Source: the human T2T-CHM13v2.0 reference genome, Homo sapiens
DNA: 64,000 bases
Direction of reading: 5' to 3'
Assembly (NCBI GenBank): GCA_009914755.4
Contig: CP086569.2
Span: 7,744,001-7,808,000, forward strand
The position numbers and the translations under genes are program-made. Shown in pieces: positions 16,061 to 33,822 of the stretch. The notes beneath the pieces are model-generated. The model saw only the letters and a program-made list of their open reading frames with translations, made no database searches and was not told the DNA's origin. Each line of letters begins with the position of its first letter. Position 1 is the first letter of the stretch.

Positions 16061-19000
16061 AACTATAAAAACTAAGTCTTACTTCATTTCAGCCTGAAGG
16101 CTGAAAAATTGGACTGCTGATTTCAAATGAAGCCAGCTCTTTTCTAACAGTTTTTCTCTGAATAACGTCCTCCTGTGCAATAGGAAAAGGAGGTGGAGCC
16201 ATTGAAATTCATACCTTTTGGCAGCAGAGGAGCCTGGACTCTTAAATTGCTATGTGGTGACCTGGTGTTCCTCAATCTGTGAGGTCCGGACCTGTAACAG
16301 GATTGCCTCTCACTTTGCTGAGTTTTTTTCTTTTTTTTCTTTTTCCTTTGGGCCCAGTAAACTTTACTTCTTGCCCTCCAGTGTATTCATTAGCCTCTTC
16401 CTTCATAATCATGTGACAAGATCCTTGTTTTAGCTTAACTAAGGAGTAATTTCTATAAGATTTCATTGTCTAGATGTGGGGCTTGAGGTAAGGTAAGATG
16501 TAAATCAAAAAATCTTTTCCTATTTTGTTTGTAAGTCTTTTCATTCTTGGACTTCTCCTGAAGTCCAACACTTCAGGAGACTTCAGGGTAGGGACTCTGC
16601 AGTACCCTACCCAAACAGCCCCAGGCACATGTAGGATGCATAGTTGAATGGTGGCTCCTCATTCCCATCTCCTCTGGGCTGAAAAATGCCAGGTGTCTTC
16701 TCCTTCACTGGCCAAGGGATCCAGCCTCACCCAAGAGAAATTAAATTTTTCTCCTTGCTGAAGGAACCTGTTTTCATAAGAATGAAAAGGTTCTTTCCTG
16801 CCCTACACTTCAGCCTTTTTTTTTTTTCTTCATCCTGTCAGCAATTTACTTTTAAGCAGAAGATTTTGTTCTTCCTCTTACGGAATGTTTTGCTGGGCTA
16901 TGCTCCAACAATCACTGCTTATATTCTTTGCAGAATTTTAATTGTGAATAGGTATTTTTAGGTTGGTCTAGAGCTGTGGCCAATCTAGTTGGCTTTGTAT
17001 ATCATCCTCTATGGTTGTTAGGAAATTTTGCTGCAGGCATCCATTTTGTTTTATATTTTTAGGAACATGACATGTAACAGTGTGGCAATGTTTTGTTTTG
17101 GCCTCCGTCATTTTACAAAGATGGCCCAGGTTTAATGCTGGCTTAAGGAAAGAGCCCCTTCTGGTTTTATATCAACATGTAACATTTGCCATTTGCCGAT
17201 TCTCTTCCCCTTTACAAACTGCCTTGATTTTTTTTCTTCCTATTTGTAAGTTAGCTTTGCTAAAATCTGAAAGCCAGAAATGGCGGCTTGGTGCTGCTAG
17301 AGTCAGGTAATAGAAAATTTGAAAGGACTTCCTTAAAGAGTCCTCAACTTGATTAAAAGTGGATATCCAAAGTATAGGTATATTTAAAAGACCTTTATGT
17401 TTTTCTCTTGTTGCATGTTGTTTTGCTGCTGAAAGTGTTTTTCTCAGCCAACTGAATTCTTTTTCTTCATTTTGTCTAGCCACTCTAATGCATGCAGTAG
17501 AGGCCAGTAATTCAATCTGGAAACTGGCAAATAAAACCCTTATGCCTACTGGGTTTTCTTCTGCCTATGTAGTTATATATGTGTTGTCAGTGTGATGTCT
17601 ATATATAGAGCTCTAATAAACTTAAAGTGTGATAAGAACTTTGAACAAATATTTATCGAAGGGAAGAAAAAAAGATGTGTACCTTTTTGTCTACCTGACT
17701 TTTAATCTTTGAGAAATAAAAACAGCCTTAAAAATTATCATTAAAACACAAAAGTCATCAATGTGTCAGTGGGTGGACTAAATTAAGCAGGTCAGATACT
17801 AGTTTTCATAAATGTTTGAAGTTTATAAACAGCATTTTTGGGTTTTGAGAACAATTCAACTTTGCTTCATTATTGGTAAGGCCTGAGGACAAACAGAATT
17901 AACCATACACTTAATTTGGCTGGAAGGAAGTCAAATCCTTACCGCACCAAGCACATAATTAAAATAATTTACCTGATTTTACATTAAAGTCAAAATTACT
18001 AGAATTTACCATTCTAAAACATAATTAAAAGCACTGGAAGTAGATTTACATATGAGTAAATGATTTACCTACAGTAAAATGTGTTTCTAATAAAAAATTA
18101 TAAGAAGTCATGAATATATAAATTCTTGACTAGGGTAAAATGTTTATTCTGAATTAGATAATATAAAGCTAAAAGTTCAAACAAGTTTTGGAAGGATTGT
18201 AAAATTAAATCTTGCCAAAGGAATTCTCTTTGTGAACATTATTTAAATTTAAAAGATATTATATGGGTTTTTTGTAAATTGGGCCATGAAATAAAGTACA
18301 ACAAGGTATTCTTATGGCACAAATCTGTTCCTTAGCAAAATTTGTAAAGAATTCTAAAAGGTTTTTGCTTTCTACATTTCTAAGTCATCATTTTGGTTAA
18401 ATGATTGATTTAACCAAATTAATTAATTAACATATTTAGTGATATTGTCTCACTCTGGACAATCTCCAACCATGCTCAGGTGCTTGCTGAAGCCAAAGCG
18501 AATACAGAATGGGTCTTAGAAGAAGGTAGTCATCAATACCAGCTACAACCACTTGACCAGCTGAAGGACTGTAACTGTTGTATGTATTTTCTCCTTCTTT
18601 TGTTAAAAACATTTTTTTGTTTATACACTCATACTTAGAAAATATCTTCATTTCCTTTTTCCTTTATAATGTGTTATAAGATTTATTAACTTTGCATTTG
18701 CATTTAAGTATTATTAACTTCATGTAATGATATTTGGGTTGGGGATTGGTGCATTTCCAGATGTATGAAGAAAAGTTGTATTGTATTAGGCATAATTGTG
18801 ACTTCATTATTTTGTTTATTCAAAGATTATGTATAATCTCAGTAGATGTGCATGGGTTCAGGTTGCCAAGGGGTAGACTTGGGATAGTTAGTATTGTGTG
18901 TCAATGTGATTGTATTGAAGAATGAAAATTATTAATCCTCAGTGTGTCTGTGAGGGTGTTCCTAAAGGAGATTAATATTTCAGTAAGTGACCTGCAAAAG

Positions 19001-19499
19001 GCAGACCCTTCCTTAATCTGAGCAGGTACCATCTAGTCAGCTGCCAGCATGACTAGCTGCCAGATAGAAAAATATAAAAATATGAGACTGGTCTAGTCTC
19101 TCAGCCTACATTTTTCTCCCATGCTAGATGCTTTCTGCTCTAAAACCTCAGGCTCCAAGTTCTTTAGTTTTGAAAACTGCATAGGCTTTCCTTGCTCCTC
19201 AGCTTGCAGATGGCTTATAGTGAAACCTTTGATGAATACAACCATTCAAACTCTTTCCACAGGGAGGGAGAAAGACATTCATCTTAACTTTGGTTTTCAG
19301 TTTTAAAGAGCATAGATGTGATGCTTACTCTTTAATTTTATAACCAAAATCTGTTATCATGTAGGTTTGACAGAAGAATGTATACCCTCTCTGTCACTTT
19401 CCAAAAACTCAGTGTAAGAATTGGGTGTAAAAAAAGTCTTTTGTGTGGCACCTGACTGCTGCACAACAAATATCCTTTTAAAAAATTTAAACTCAGGTC

Positions 19500-22400
19500 T
19501 TGAAGAATTTTCCTAAAGTTTAGATGATTCACATTAATAAGAAAAATGTTTAAATGTCATGAAAGAAACCCTCATGAAAAATATAAGCAGAAACAGCTAG
19601 CACCATTGGAGAAATACTGTAGATCCTTTTATAAGCAGGCATTGAATATAACATAAGTAACGTAATGAAATTTAAAAATAAAACAGTAATATTAAAAGTG
19701 TGGTCAAGTATTAAAAGATAATAATAAAGGATAAGATAGGTCTGAAAATCTAGAGAGAAAATAGAAATCTATGATGCAATAAATACAGTACGTGGAAAGT
19801 AAAAACTCAATAGAGCACTTAGAGAACAAAAGTCAAAAACAGTTTAATTCCTTGAAAGACCTGAATGAGTAAACTAAAAGCAGAATTTTATTCCCAGAAA
19901 AGAAAGAAAAATTCATAAAAAATAAAATGACTGAAAAAAATGCTGAAAGATTTTCTAGAACAGAGATTTTTCTCTGTAAGAAATTTCTAGGAAAAAAAGA
20001 GGTCATCCTTGAAGAAATGTAGTAAAAAAATGGCAAGCAGTTATCAACAAAAATGGATAATAATACATTTCATACAATTTAATGAAATAAGATAGAATTT
20101 AAAATATCATATTAAAGCATACAAAATAAAACAAATCAAAACAAAACATAAGATCTTGAAATTTTTCTAAAGCTGGTAAAGATATTGATTAGTTTTAAAC
20201 ATAAGATATACTTTTTTCAAGTCATGAGAATATATAAAAATGATGAAAAAATATTACAGGTTAATACAACCAATTTTAAACAGGAGATGAAAGTGAAACT
20301 TAACGTGGAGCAAATATAAATAAAAACTTAAAATTATAGACATATATCTAAACATTTAAATCATTACAAGTTTAAATTAACATGTCAATTAAAAATATAT
20401 CCTTTTAAAAACCAGAGCTCTGTGCTGCTTATGAAACATACATCAAACACAAGGCAAGAAACAGTTAATAAATTAGAAAAATTGATATACCTGGTAAATT
20501 CTATGCCTCTAGTAAACACTGCATATTTTCAGATTTAAAACAACAATTAATACTATAGGAAAAATTACGGTCACCTAGATAACAACCAACTGTCAGTAGA
20601 CTAGGAGGATAACACAATTTTAATCTATACTTCTACAATATAGGCAGCAAAAATTGATGAAATTATAATAAATTAATTACATTAAAATGAAACATTTTAA
20701 TACAACACTCCTAGATTATTGGTTCAGCAGAGGTCAAATTATGTAAGATGCTGTTCAAAAACTTTATGCGACAGGAAGTTATAGGATATAGTATTTAGCA
20801 ATGCATATTGTTCTAAAAATTCAGAAACATTTAAAGACATACTATGCCATAAGGCAAGTCTAAATACATTTCAAATGTTCATGTATTATCAAGAACACAT
20901 TATCTGATTCCAATATAAACAAGTCTAAAAATATACATATTTTTAAATCCTCTATATTAGAATTATATAAGACAGACTTCTTAATAATGCATGAAAAAAA
21001 ATTTGACATTCTAAACTAAATAATAGTTGAAAATGTTAAGTATCAGTGCTTTTGGAAACCTGATAAAAGAAAAGTTAGTGATGAATTAAAAGGTTAAAAT
21101 GTTGTATTTCATGAAGAAATAAGAAGCTGGCACTAGTATGTGAATCATTTGTTATAATTAGGAAAAGAAGAAACACATACACCAAAAGAAAAAAAAAAGC
21201 ATAAATAAAAAGATAATAAATGAAGAGCAGAAGTTAATCAAAAAGTAATAGAATTAGTTCTTTGAGAAGACTATGAAGCTCACAAATCTTTGACCAGATT
21301 GATTGAGCAAAGAAATAACACATAATATTAAGACATAAAGACAGGGGAGGTTCAGATAGGCAGCAGAAATTTAGAAATACAACAGTATTAGGAACATCTT
21401 TCTGCAAACAAATTTTATTTTTTTCAGTGAAACAGAAAAGTCTCTACAAAAAAGTCAGTTACCCAAACCAACTCAAGAAGAACTAGGAAACTGCACTTGC
21501 TATATCATTTTGAAAAAATGCATCCACATTTAAATTATCCCTATAAAAATGTATTAGAATACACTGCTTTTATAGTTCGATTCTACCACACATTCAAGGG
21601 AAGAAATGTGTCTGAAAAGTGAAAAAGAGAAGAAAAACACAAAAGCCTAATAAATTTTCAAATTAATAAAGTCTTGTTACTACATTCAAACAAAAAGTAT
21701 GAGAATTAAAAACAAAAAAAGATTAATATTACTTCCAAACAACAATGTGAAAACATGAGCAAAATATAAGTATATTATTTTGTCTTCACACAGCTGTGAA
21801 GAAATACCTGAGACTGGGTAATTTATAAAGAAAGGAGGCCTAATTGGCTCATATTTTCTCAGGCTGTGCAGTAGGCATGGCTAGAGGCCTCAGAAAACTT
21901 ACAACTATGCAAGAAGGCCAAGGGAAATCAAATGTTTCTTCACATGGTGGCAGGAAAGAGAGTGTAAAGGGGAAAGTGCCACACATTTTCAAAAAAATTC
22001 AATCTCATGAGAACTGATTTACTATAAGGAGAACATAAAGAGAAAGTCTGCTCCCATGATCCAAACATCTCCAACCTGGCCCCCCAACCCAAAACATGAG
22101 GGTTAAAATCAGCATGAGATTGGAGTGAAAATAGAGCCAAACCATATCAATGAGCAAACACATGTAAGCTTACACATCATAAATGCATATCTACACTAAA
22201 TTAATTTCAAAGAGAAAAGAGTGGCTCAACTTAAGAAAACCTATTAATTTAATGCATTATATTAATATACTAAAGTAGGAAAAAATAGAATTACATCAAG
22301 GAATACAGAATAAGCATCAAATAAAACATAATAGCTATTTATAATGAGACATTAAAGTACAAAAGAAGGAAATGTTCCTTATCTGAGAATACTTCATTCA

Positions 22401-22660
22401 AAATCAGGAGAAAGACAAGAAGGGTCACTATTACCATTTCTCTTCAACATTGTCCTTGAAATTTTTAACTTATACAATAAACAATACTAATAATAATACT
22501 GTAATACATAAGAATTGGAAAGAAAGAAGTAAAATATTCCTCATCCATAGATGACTTGATTGTATACATGGACAACTTCAAAGAATATACAAACCATATA
22601 TATTAATAAGAAAACTTAAAAAATTTTCTAGATGTGGTATCAAGATGTCAAAGTTGAAAT
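19500..22660 (+). mobile_element. Ancient L1M-type LINE (ORF2 region), A-rich and heavily decayed, interrupted by a MaLR LTR.
   Basis: The + strand near 22410 encodes ...QEGSLLPFLFNIVLEI..., the RT motif [15 protein letters not shown]. The region 20300-21700 has the composition and scattered similarity expected of the ORF2 endonuclease and RT N-terminus. Boundaries are approximate. Confidence 0.55.
21781..22151 (-). mobile_element. MaLR LTR (THE1/MST type) nested in the ancient L1.
   Basis: The segment ends ...gatttgggtggggacacagagccaaaccatatca-like, which is the reverse complement of the THE1 LTR start TGATATGGTTTGGCTGTGTCCCCACCCAAATC. It contains the characteristic gagactgggtaatttataaag...ggcctcagaaaacttacaa...catggtggcagg block. 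Length is about 370 bp. Confidence 0.6.
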
Positions 22661-22699
22661 TACCTACCTACCTGTAACAGAAAACCACAGGAAGGCCAA

Positions 22700-24599
<1,900 letters not shown>

Positions 24600-24600
<1 letters not shown>

Positions 24601-25400
24601 AAGAAAAACACAATTGAGCTCCTGAATTTTCTAGAAAAGGAAGGGTATCATTGTCATTTTCCCAATTTTCTGGAAAGAAGGGTATTTCTCTGTTTTTCCA
24701 CCTTTTAAAAATCTGTGATAGGACCCTTGACAGCTGTCTTGTTGTTACTAATTTATTTACTTGTTTGTTGAACCTCATAGTAAGCTTTGTATCTTGTAGA
24801 TTATAATATTTCCAGGTGCAAACAATGCTGGCATAAGGCTTTTGAGTTATATACTGATCTGGATAATTGTGGTGTTCTGCCTTTCACCCCTTTAGCTCAT
24901 GTATCCAGAGACATTTGCTTCTCTAGGGCTAGGCAAGGCCAGTGCTCATGATTCAGCAGAAAGCAGGTACACTGCATGGACCTCCTCCCTCTTGCATCCC
25001 CCTTAAGATTAAGGGAAAGTATTTAACATCTGAGTGGAGAATGAGGTTGAAGGTGGGACTCACCTCCAGGGGTAGGGCTCACACATGACCCAGATTGAGG
25101 ACTACCCAAATCAGGGCCAAGACAGAAGCAGTTTTTCAATCAGACATGCCCACCAGCGTGTCGTGTAAATTTACCTTTGCTATCATAACACCCAGGAGTT
25201 ACCACCCTTCTATGGCAATGATCCAATGATTACCACCCCTTCCCTATTAATTTCGGCATTTATCAATCCATGCAATTAAAAGCGAATATAAATATGGCTG
25301 CAAAATATCCCTGAGCTGCTACTCTCTTGCTTATGGCATAGCCCTGTTCTGAAAGAGGAGTCAAAGAGCTGTAACAAGGCCAGAGATGTGATTCTGTCTT
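24600..25400 (+). mobile_element. Possible 3' LTR belonging to the ERV fragment. Low confidence.
   Basis: It follows directly after the integrase C-terminus with no intervening env. It contains a poly(A)-signal-like caattaaaagcgaatataaatatggctgc. Boundaries were not determined. Confidence 0.3.
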
Positions 25401-25919
25401 ACCAGCTACGCTATTTTTTTTAAATCTCTGGTTTGGCATTGAATTCTTTCCTGGACAAAGCCAAGAAACTCATGATCTTAGCTCTGCTTTGGCCTTGACT
25501 CTCCTGCATTGTGTCTACTGTTCCATTCCAAGATTTAGTAAACTATGAATTAAGCAGATGGAGTAAATGCAATTACTTTAAATGCAAAAGTTAAAAGTCA
25601 TCAAAAGAATTCAATAATCAACAAAGAGAATATTTTAATGCAATGTTTTCAAAATCCAAAATAATGCAATAATAATCATAATAAAATATTAAAATAGTTT
25701 TAAAGCTAGCATATTACTGATTCTTTATTTATTTTGATTCCTGCTTCAATATTCCTTAGCATAGCCTTAATATTGATAGTGAGCTTATTTTTCTATAAAA
25801 TATTTTGTTCAACATTATTTTTTATTTGTAATTATTTATGAATATTGCACTGAAATACAAATCTTAATTACTGAGCTTTTTAAATCAATAAATCTTAGTA
25901 GAGTAGTTTTAGGCTTACA

Positions 25920-26480
25920 ACAAAATTGAGTAGAAAGTACAGAAAGCTGCCTTACACCCTGTGTCCACATGTACAAACTTCCCCACTATCAACATTTCTG
26001 ATGAGACTGGTATGTTTGTTCCAATTCATAAACCTATATCAATATATTATTACTCAATATCTGCAATTTACATTAGGGCCCACTTTTACTGTTGCACATT
26101 CTATGGGTTTTGGCAAACATGTAATAAAATGTATCCAAAATTGTAATAATATATAGAATATTTTCACTGTTGTATACTCTAATAATCACCTGACTTGTGC
26201 CTATTTTTTCCACTCTCACCTGTAAACCATTGGGACCCCTAATCTTTTTACTGCTTCAATAACTTTCTAGATTGTCATATATTTTAAATAATATGTGTAG
26301 CATTTTATGATTGGCTTATTTCACTTACAAATATACACTTAAGTTCCTTCTATGTCTTTTCAAGACTTGAAAGCTATTTTTTTCTGTGCTGTACAGTATT
26401 CCAGAAATATTCCATAAACCACAGTTTATCCTCTTAATTACTATAGAACAACATCCATATGCAGATTTTGATGTAAACAT
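25920..26480 (-). mobile_element. Ancient L1 3'-end fragment.
   Basis: ctgtgctgtacagtattccagaaatattccataaaccacagtttatcc parallels the antisense L1 text tatggctgcatagtattccatggtgtatatgtgccacattttcttaatcc. Confidence 0.35.
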
Positions 26481-26744
26481 ATTTTTAATTTAGTTAGATA
26501 AATTCCAAGAATCAAGCCTGCTGTATGAGATCAAAAGAATAGGTTTAGTTTTGTTAAAACAAAACAAGACAAAGCTTACCAAACATTCTTCTAAATGTGC
26601 TGTTATCAGTGCTTTCAATTTTTGCAATTTTATGTTTATTTATTTAATTTATTTATTATTACCACATTCACAACTTCTGAATAGTATATGATGTTTATCA
26701 TCCTTTCATATGCTGATTCCCTGAGTCTTAACTACTGGGGAAGC

Positions 26745-26945
26745 AAAGGAAGAGGATACCTGAGACAAAATTGGAGGTTGCAGTGAGCTATGATGCACTA
26801 CAGCCTGGGGGCAGAGACCCTGTCTTAAAAATAAAATAAAATAAACAGAAGAAAAGAAAGAAGGAAGGGAGGAAGGAAAAGAAAGGGAAGAGAAAAGAAG
26901 GGAAAAAGAAGAAGAAAGAAAGAGAAAGGAAGAAGGAAGAATTTG
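26745..26945 (+). repeat. Truncated Alu 3' end (about 26745-26830) whose A-tail has expanded into a (GAAA/GGAA)n purine microsatellite (26819-26945).
   Basis: ggaggttgcagtgagctatgatgcactacagcctgggggcagagaccctgtcttaaaaataaaat is followed by aagaaagaaggaagggaggaaggaaaagaaaggg... Confidence 0.75.
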
Positions 26946-27029
26946 TCAGCAAAATAGTGAATCCTAAGCCTGTTTTTCACGTTTATTCCCTAGAATTCAA
27001 TACATATAAATTTGTTTTTTTGTGTGTTT

Positions 27030-27305
27030 ACTTGTTTTGTTTTGTTTTGTTTTTGCTTGGAACAGGGTCATGCTGTATCACCCAGTCCAGAGTGCAGTGA
27101 TGAGATCTTGGCTTAGTGCAAACTCCACCTCCTGGGTTTAAGGGATTCTCCCAGCTCACCATCTGTAGCTGGGACCATAGACCCACACCACTACTCCCAG
27201 CTAATTTTTTGTATTTTTGATAGAGACAGGGTTTCACCATTTTTCCCAGGCTGGCCTTGAACTCCTGACCTCAAGGTTACAGGCATGAGCCACCAAGCTG
27301 GGCCT
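27030..27305 (-). mobile_element. Alu SINE.
   Basis: (gttttgttttg)n tail, then ...ggtcatgctgtatcacccagtccagagtgcagtgatgagatcttggcttagtgcaaactccacctcctgggtt...caggcatgagccaccaagctgggcc. Confidence 0.85.
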
Positions 27306-27477
27306 ACATATAGGGTTTTTCTTTCTTTCCAAACAATTCTTGATAAATTATGATTTTTTTTTGAACTTATCTGTCATCTTGTTTTCCACATCAGTATGAT
27401 AATAGTGCAAAGATTTCTTATAATTCTATGTTTCTTTCTCTTGTTAAATTATTTTCTTGTTATTTATTCTTCCAGGG

Positions 27478-27530
27478 TGTGTATGTATGTATGTGACTAT
27501 GTGTGTGTACTCATGCATGTGTGTTTCTTC
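27478..27530. repeat. (TG)n/(TATG)n simple repeat.
   Basis: tgtatgtatgtatgtgactatgtgtgtgtactcatgcatgtgtg. Confidence 0.8.
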
Positions 27531-28336
27531 ATTTCTTTGTCTTCCTTGTTTAGGCATGTGTAAGTGTAAGTATACAATAATATAATTAAACTATTGGATG
27601 CAAAGCATCCAAAGAAACACAATTTTTTAAAAGTATATTTTGTATAGTTTTGACCAGTCACTAAAGAAAGCAGGATTGCAAGTAAACCTCTAGGTTTCAC
27701 TGAATATAAATGTAATCACAACAATTCTATAGATTTGCTGCATCTAAACTATGTTGCATGTACTGTGCTCAGTACATTATTAATCTTATGACCATAATAT
27801 CTAACAGATACCATTATTATATTCACTTAGTAGATTGGGTAAATTTCAAAGATGAAGCAGTCTAACTTCACACAGCTATTTAGTGGTGAAGTTTAGATTT
27901 TTCTTGGTTTGCCTAACTTTATATTGCACAAATCACCACATGCATTATTGTACCTTGTGGACATGAAGCTTTTGGCCAAATGATTTTTAACTGCTTCTCT
28001 AAAAAAAAAAAAAAAAAAAAAGAGCCTATTTGCATGGCAAGCTAAATGTTTCATGATCTTACCCTCCTTCCCTGTATCCACTACAGACATTCCCTGATCT
28101 TTGTGTATTTAGTCCTATTTCATTGACCGCAAGAAAATGCAAGTTATTCCATCAAGTTGATGTTTACTTGTTAACATTGCATGTTTCTGCACATTCTCCC
28201 AGAAAATATCATTCTATGTTTATGTTTTTGCTTTTCTTTCCACCACACAGATTTTAATAACTCCATTCATCTGCATATGTTTTATCTCTGCCTAGAAAAT
28301 ATTTCTTCATAGTATATGTAATACATTAAAAATCAT

Positions 28337-30090
<1,754 letters not shown>

Positions 30091-32949
30091 ATCTTGTTTT
30101 TTTCCATGTGTTTGTAAGAAGTAGTTTTCTTTAAGAACAAAATATTCATGGAGGGAAGATTTGTTGGTTTAAATCCTAATTTTTTGTAATATTCTTCTAA
30201 AACTGAGTACCTTTTAAAGGCTTGTAAGTTAAGTTTCCTGATTTCCAAATTAGGCCTAATATAAATTATACAAATGTTACGGGACTTCTAAAAATGAACA
30301 TTGTATAAAATATATGTATATGTTTAATCAAAGAGGTTGATCCTTATCATTATTTAGGAAATGACATTATGTGTATCCTCTTTTAAAAAAACATTGAAGT
30401 ATTTTCTCATACATCTTATGGCATAAACCATAATGTATTATTTACATATCTATTTTTCCTGTGGTGTAGTCTCACTAGCTAACTTACTAATACTTTATTT
30501 GTATTAGTTATCAATTAAGTATAATATACTACTCAATTACATATAACATTAACAAACATATTCCCTCAAGTAAATATAAATCGATACAAAGGTAATTATT
30601 ATCTGTTCAAAATAGAAAAAAGGTAATCCATAATATAGACAAAGCCATGGTCAAATTAATATTTTTCTGCTAAAAATGTGACAAAAAGAATGTGAAAATA
30701 AAATGCTACAGGGTGTTTTGGTAACAAAGAAACTAATAATGTCAATAGATTTGTAACCATAATTTAAGAAACATTTTTCTGAAATATATGTAAACATATA
30801 AATATATCTTTACCTTCAGAGCATACATTTACTGTTAGGTTATTCATTAGAAAAGAAAACATTGAAAAGATAAATTAAAATATTTATGCAGATACAATCA
30901 GCTCTATATTGGTACAGTATAGTTTATGAACTAAGAAGTTCGCAAGTGTGAGTATAGAATGTATAGACTTTAATTTTTTAAAGTTAATACAAAACTTTAT
31001 AAATATAAAATATAATTAAAATGTGGCTTATAAATAGGCATTTTTAAAGAACTGGTCTTTTAAATTCTGCTATGCACTGTTTATAGACAAACTCAGAAAA
31101 ATATGTTTGTTTTTCATTGTGTAGATATTTAAATTGTTTTTCTTATGTTACATTTTATTTTGCAACAAAATACATAGAATGGAATAATTTTACCATGGAC
31201 AATATAGTCTGTCAGCTAATAAATTGTTTTTCAGGAATATACATAGTATTTATTTTACTAGAGCTCTGTTAATTAAGGATATTATTTTTTATACACAAAT
31301 TGAGGACAGAGAAATTCTCTATGTGTATATTGCTTTTGTTAATTTTGGAAGTTTGGGTCAAATCAGTACATTTATCTAGTAAGCAAATAAGGTGTCCAAA
31401 TATTTATATTACATCCAAAAAGAGAAGACACAAGATTAAAATGCAGAAACATTCATTCCTCATTGACTTACTTTTCTTGCTTTCTTTTAATGTTATTTTA
31501 CCTATTATTACTTGCTTCTTATAAATTTCTTTAAAATGTAGTTACTATTTTTCCCTTTTATGAAATAAGCAAACGCTATGTACAGTGAGCTTATTGCTAA
31601 TGTTTGAGAGGGGATTGAAATATGGATGACTATTTCATAATAAAAATACTCTTTAAGGTTGATCACACTACCACAATTGAATTAAAAAATGAAAATAGGA
31701 TAGAACATATTTTGGCATTTTAATTTTCTTTCCTTTTTTTTTAAATTTAAAAGTTTATTGGGCCACCCTTCCTTCGATTTATGTTATGTTCCTCTTTCCC
31801 TGTTTCCTCTGTGGCTCTCATGGGGTAAAAAAGTTTCTAAGCTTTTTAGCTGGGTACACCACTAACCTCGACTATTCCTTCAGCTCATGGTGACAAAGGG
31901 TCACGCACAGGCAGTTTCTCAGAAAATCAGGGAAATGGGGAAAATACTTCTTAATTTAAAGCACAGAGGGCATGTTTGTATTTCAGGAGAAATAGTTAAT
32001 ATCTAAATCATCTCCTGCAAATAGAGGAAATGTGGTAATTCAGACCATTTCTCTCAGGCTTTTTTTTTTTTTTGGCAAATGTTAAGAAATGTTATCATTG
32101 TTATTATGCGTGGATTTATGTATACGGGTGTAACTGTCTGTCTGAAAGTGTTGGATATCAGTTTGTCCTACCGAAAAACACCTTTATTTTCTGTTTCTTT
32201 GCACAGATTTGTTTCTTCGCAGGAATTCAAAGACCCCAAAGTTTTTGGATTTTGCCTATAAAAGGGAATGAGTTTTCAACGTGTGGGTGTTGAGTTATGG
32301 GAGGAAATAGTAGGGAGAAAACTCCTTAATGCTATTAAGAAACTCACTTTTTTTAAACTCATTGATTTTTCTTGAGGAAACTTCCCTTTACCGTGGTACA
32401 TGTCCGACATGCAGGCAAGTTGTAGGAGATGGAGATAGGGTGCCATTTTTTTCATATGCACTTTTTGTTAAAGCAGTTTTTCTCTGTGAATGTGGAATGT
32501 GGTCATAATGCAAATATATAGCCAATATACTTAACCACTGTGATTAACAACTTGTACTTTTACTCATCACATGTGAAATTTGTGATTTGCTTTAAGGGAA
32601 TTATGAAATTATGACATAAATTGCATTATTTTAGTGTATGAGGAAGTCTGGAGCCATAAATAATCTCAGTTTAAATTTGTCTCCTTAAAGCTTTCAATTG
32701 TCTCCTTCCTTGTATGACAATATTTGAAACATGTATCATGTATCTCTGGCAAAGTAAATAATTTAAATCTAGTAAGTAGGTGTAATCAAGAAAAATGGTG
32801 ACAGATAGCTTAAAACAGAGACAAAATAAATGTGTTTAAGTTATTCTATTAACTGGGCACACTGACTTACTCTTGTAATCTTATCATTTCGGCAAGAGGA
32901 GGTGTGAGGATGGCTTGAAGTCACGAGTTGGAGACCAGACTGAGTAATA

Positions 32950-33447
32950 TAATGAGCTTCTTTAATCTATTGCCATTTTGGCACCAAGGACCGGTTTAGT
33001 GGAAGGCATTTTTCCACATAGAAGAGGTGGGTAGTGGGAGAAGGTGACCAGGTGGACACCTTGGGGAGGTGGGGGGTGGCCGTTCCAGGAGGAACACAGG
33101 GTAGGGAGGGGCTTCAGGTCAGAGCACTGTGACAGGGGCTGTGGTGGGGCAGCAGGGCTGCGAGGGGCACAAGGCAGCCCAGTGGGGAACAAGGAGAATG
33201 GATTCTGGATGAAACACCTCAGGTCACACTCAGGAATTAAATTCTTCCAAGGAAAGCACCACCTAGATCTTCGCATGCGCAGTTCACAGTAGGGCTCTTA
33301 CTCCTGTGGGAATCCAATGCCTTCGCTGATCTGACAGGAGGCAAAGCTCAGGTGGTGCAAGTGGTTCATCACTTGTTCTGCAGCCGGATTCCTAACAGGC
33401 CACAGACAGATACTGGTTGGAGACCAGGGTTTGGGGAACCCTGATCT
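32950..33447. mobile_element. Non-autonomous hAT-type DNA transposon, MER1/Charlie-like. Family is tentative.
   Basis: Starts ...ttttggcaccaaggaccggtttagtggaaggcatttttccaca and ends ...ggttggagaccagggtttggggaaccctg. Internally it carries cgcatgcgcagttcaca...ctgatctgacaggaggc...gttctgcagccggattcctaacaggccacagac. These resemble the MER1 termini CAGGGGTCCCCAACC.../...GGTTGGGGACCCCTG as I recall them. The GC-rich ORFs 32962..33276(-) and 33044..33292(+) are spurious. Confidence 0.4.
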
Positions 33448-33547
33448 ATTGTATACTTCAAATCACTAAAATATTATAAAAAATTTAAACTGTTCTCCCC
33501 CAGGAAAGCACATTTTAGTTAGCTTGATTTAATCATTTATTAAAATA

Positions 33548-33822
33548 TCAAGCTGGGTGTGGTTGTTCAGCCTTGAAATCTCATCACTTTTGTAGCACCA
33601 GACCAGAAGATCGCTTGAGCCCAGGAGTTCGAGACCAGCTTGGGTACCATGGTGAAACCTGTGGCTATTAAAGGAACACACAAAAAATTGCCTGCTTGCT
33701 CTGGTAATAAGCACCTGTAGCTGCCCAAGTAGCTGAGACATGGGAGGATCACTAGAGGCTCGGTAGAGGAGGTTGCAGTGAGCAGTGCACTTTAGCAACA
33801 GGAAATTTACATCTCAAGAAAA
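33548..33822 (+). mobile_element. Old Alu (AluJ-like). Its A-tail appears to be the integration site of the provirus that follows.
   Basis: gctgggtgtggttgttcagccttgaaatctc...gatcgcttgagcccaggagttcgagaccagcttgg...ggaggttgcagtgagcagtgcactttagcaacagg, then an A-rich stretch abutting the LTR at 33823. More A-rich sequence follows on the far side of the provirus at 38770. Confidence 0.75.

Noticed and set aside
32962-33292. Two overlapping ORFs of about 100 aa on opposite strands in a GC-rich island
   Set aside because: They lie within a MER1-like hAT DNA transposon remnant, whose termini are recognisable. The ORFs are spurious.
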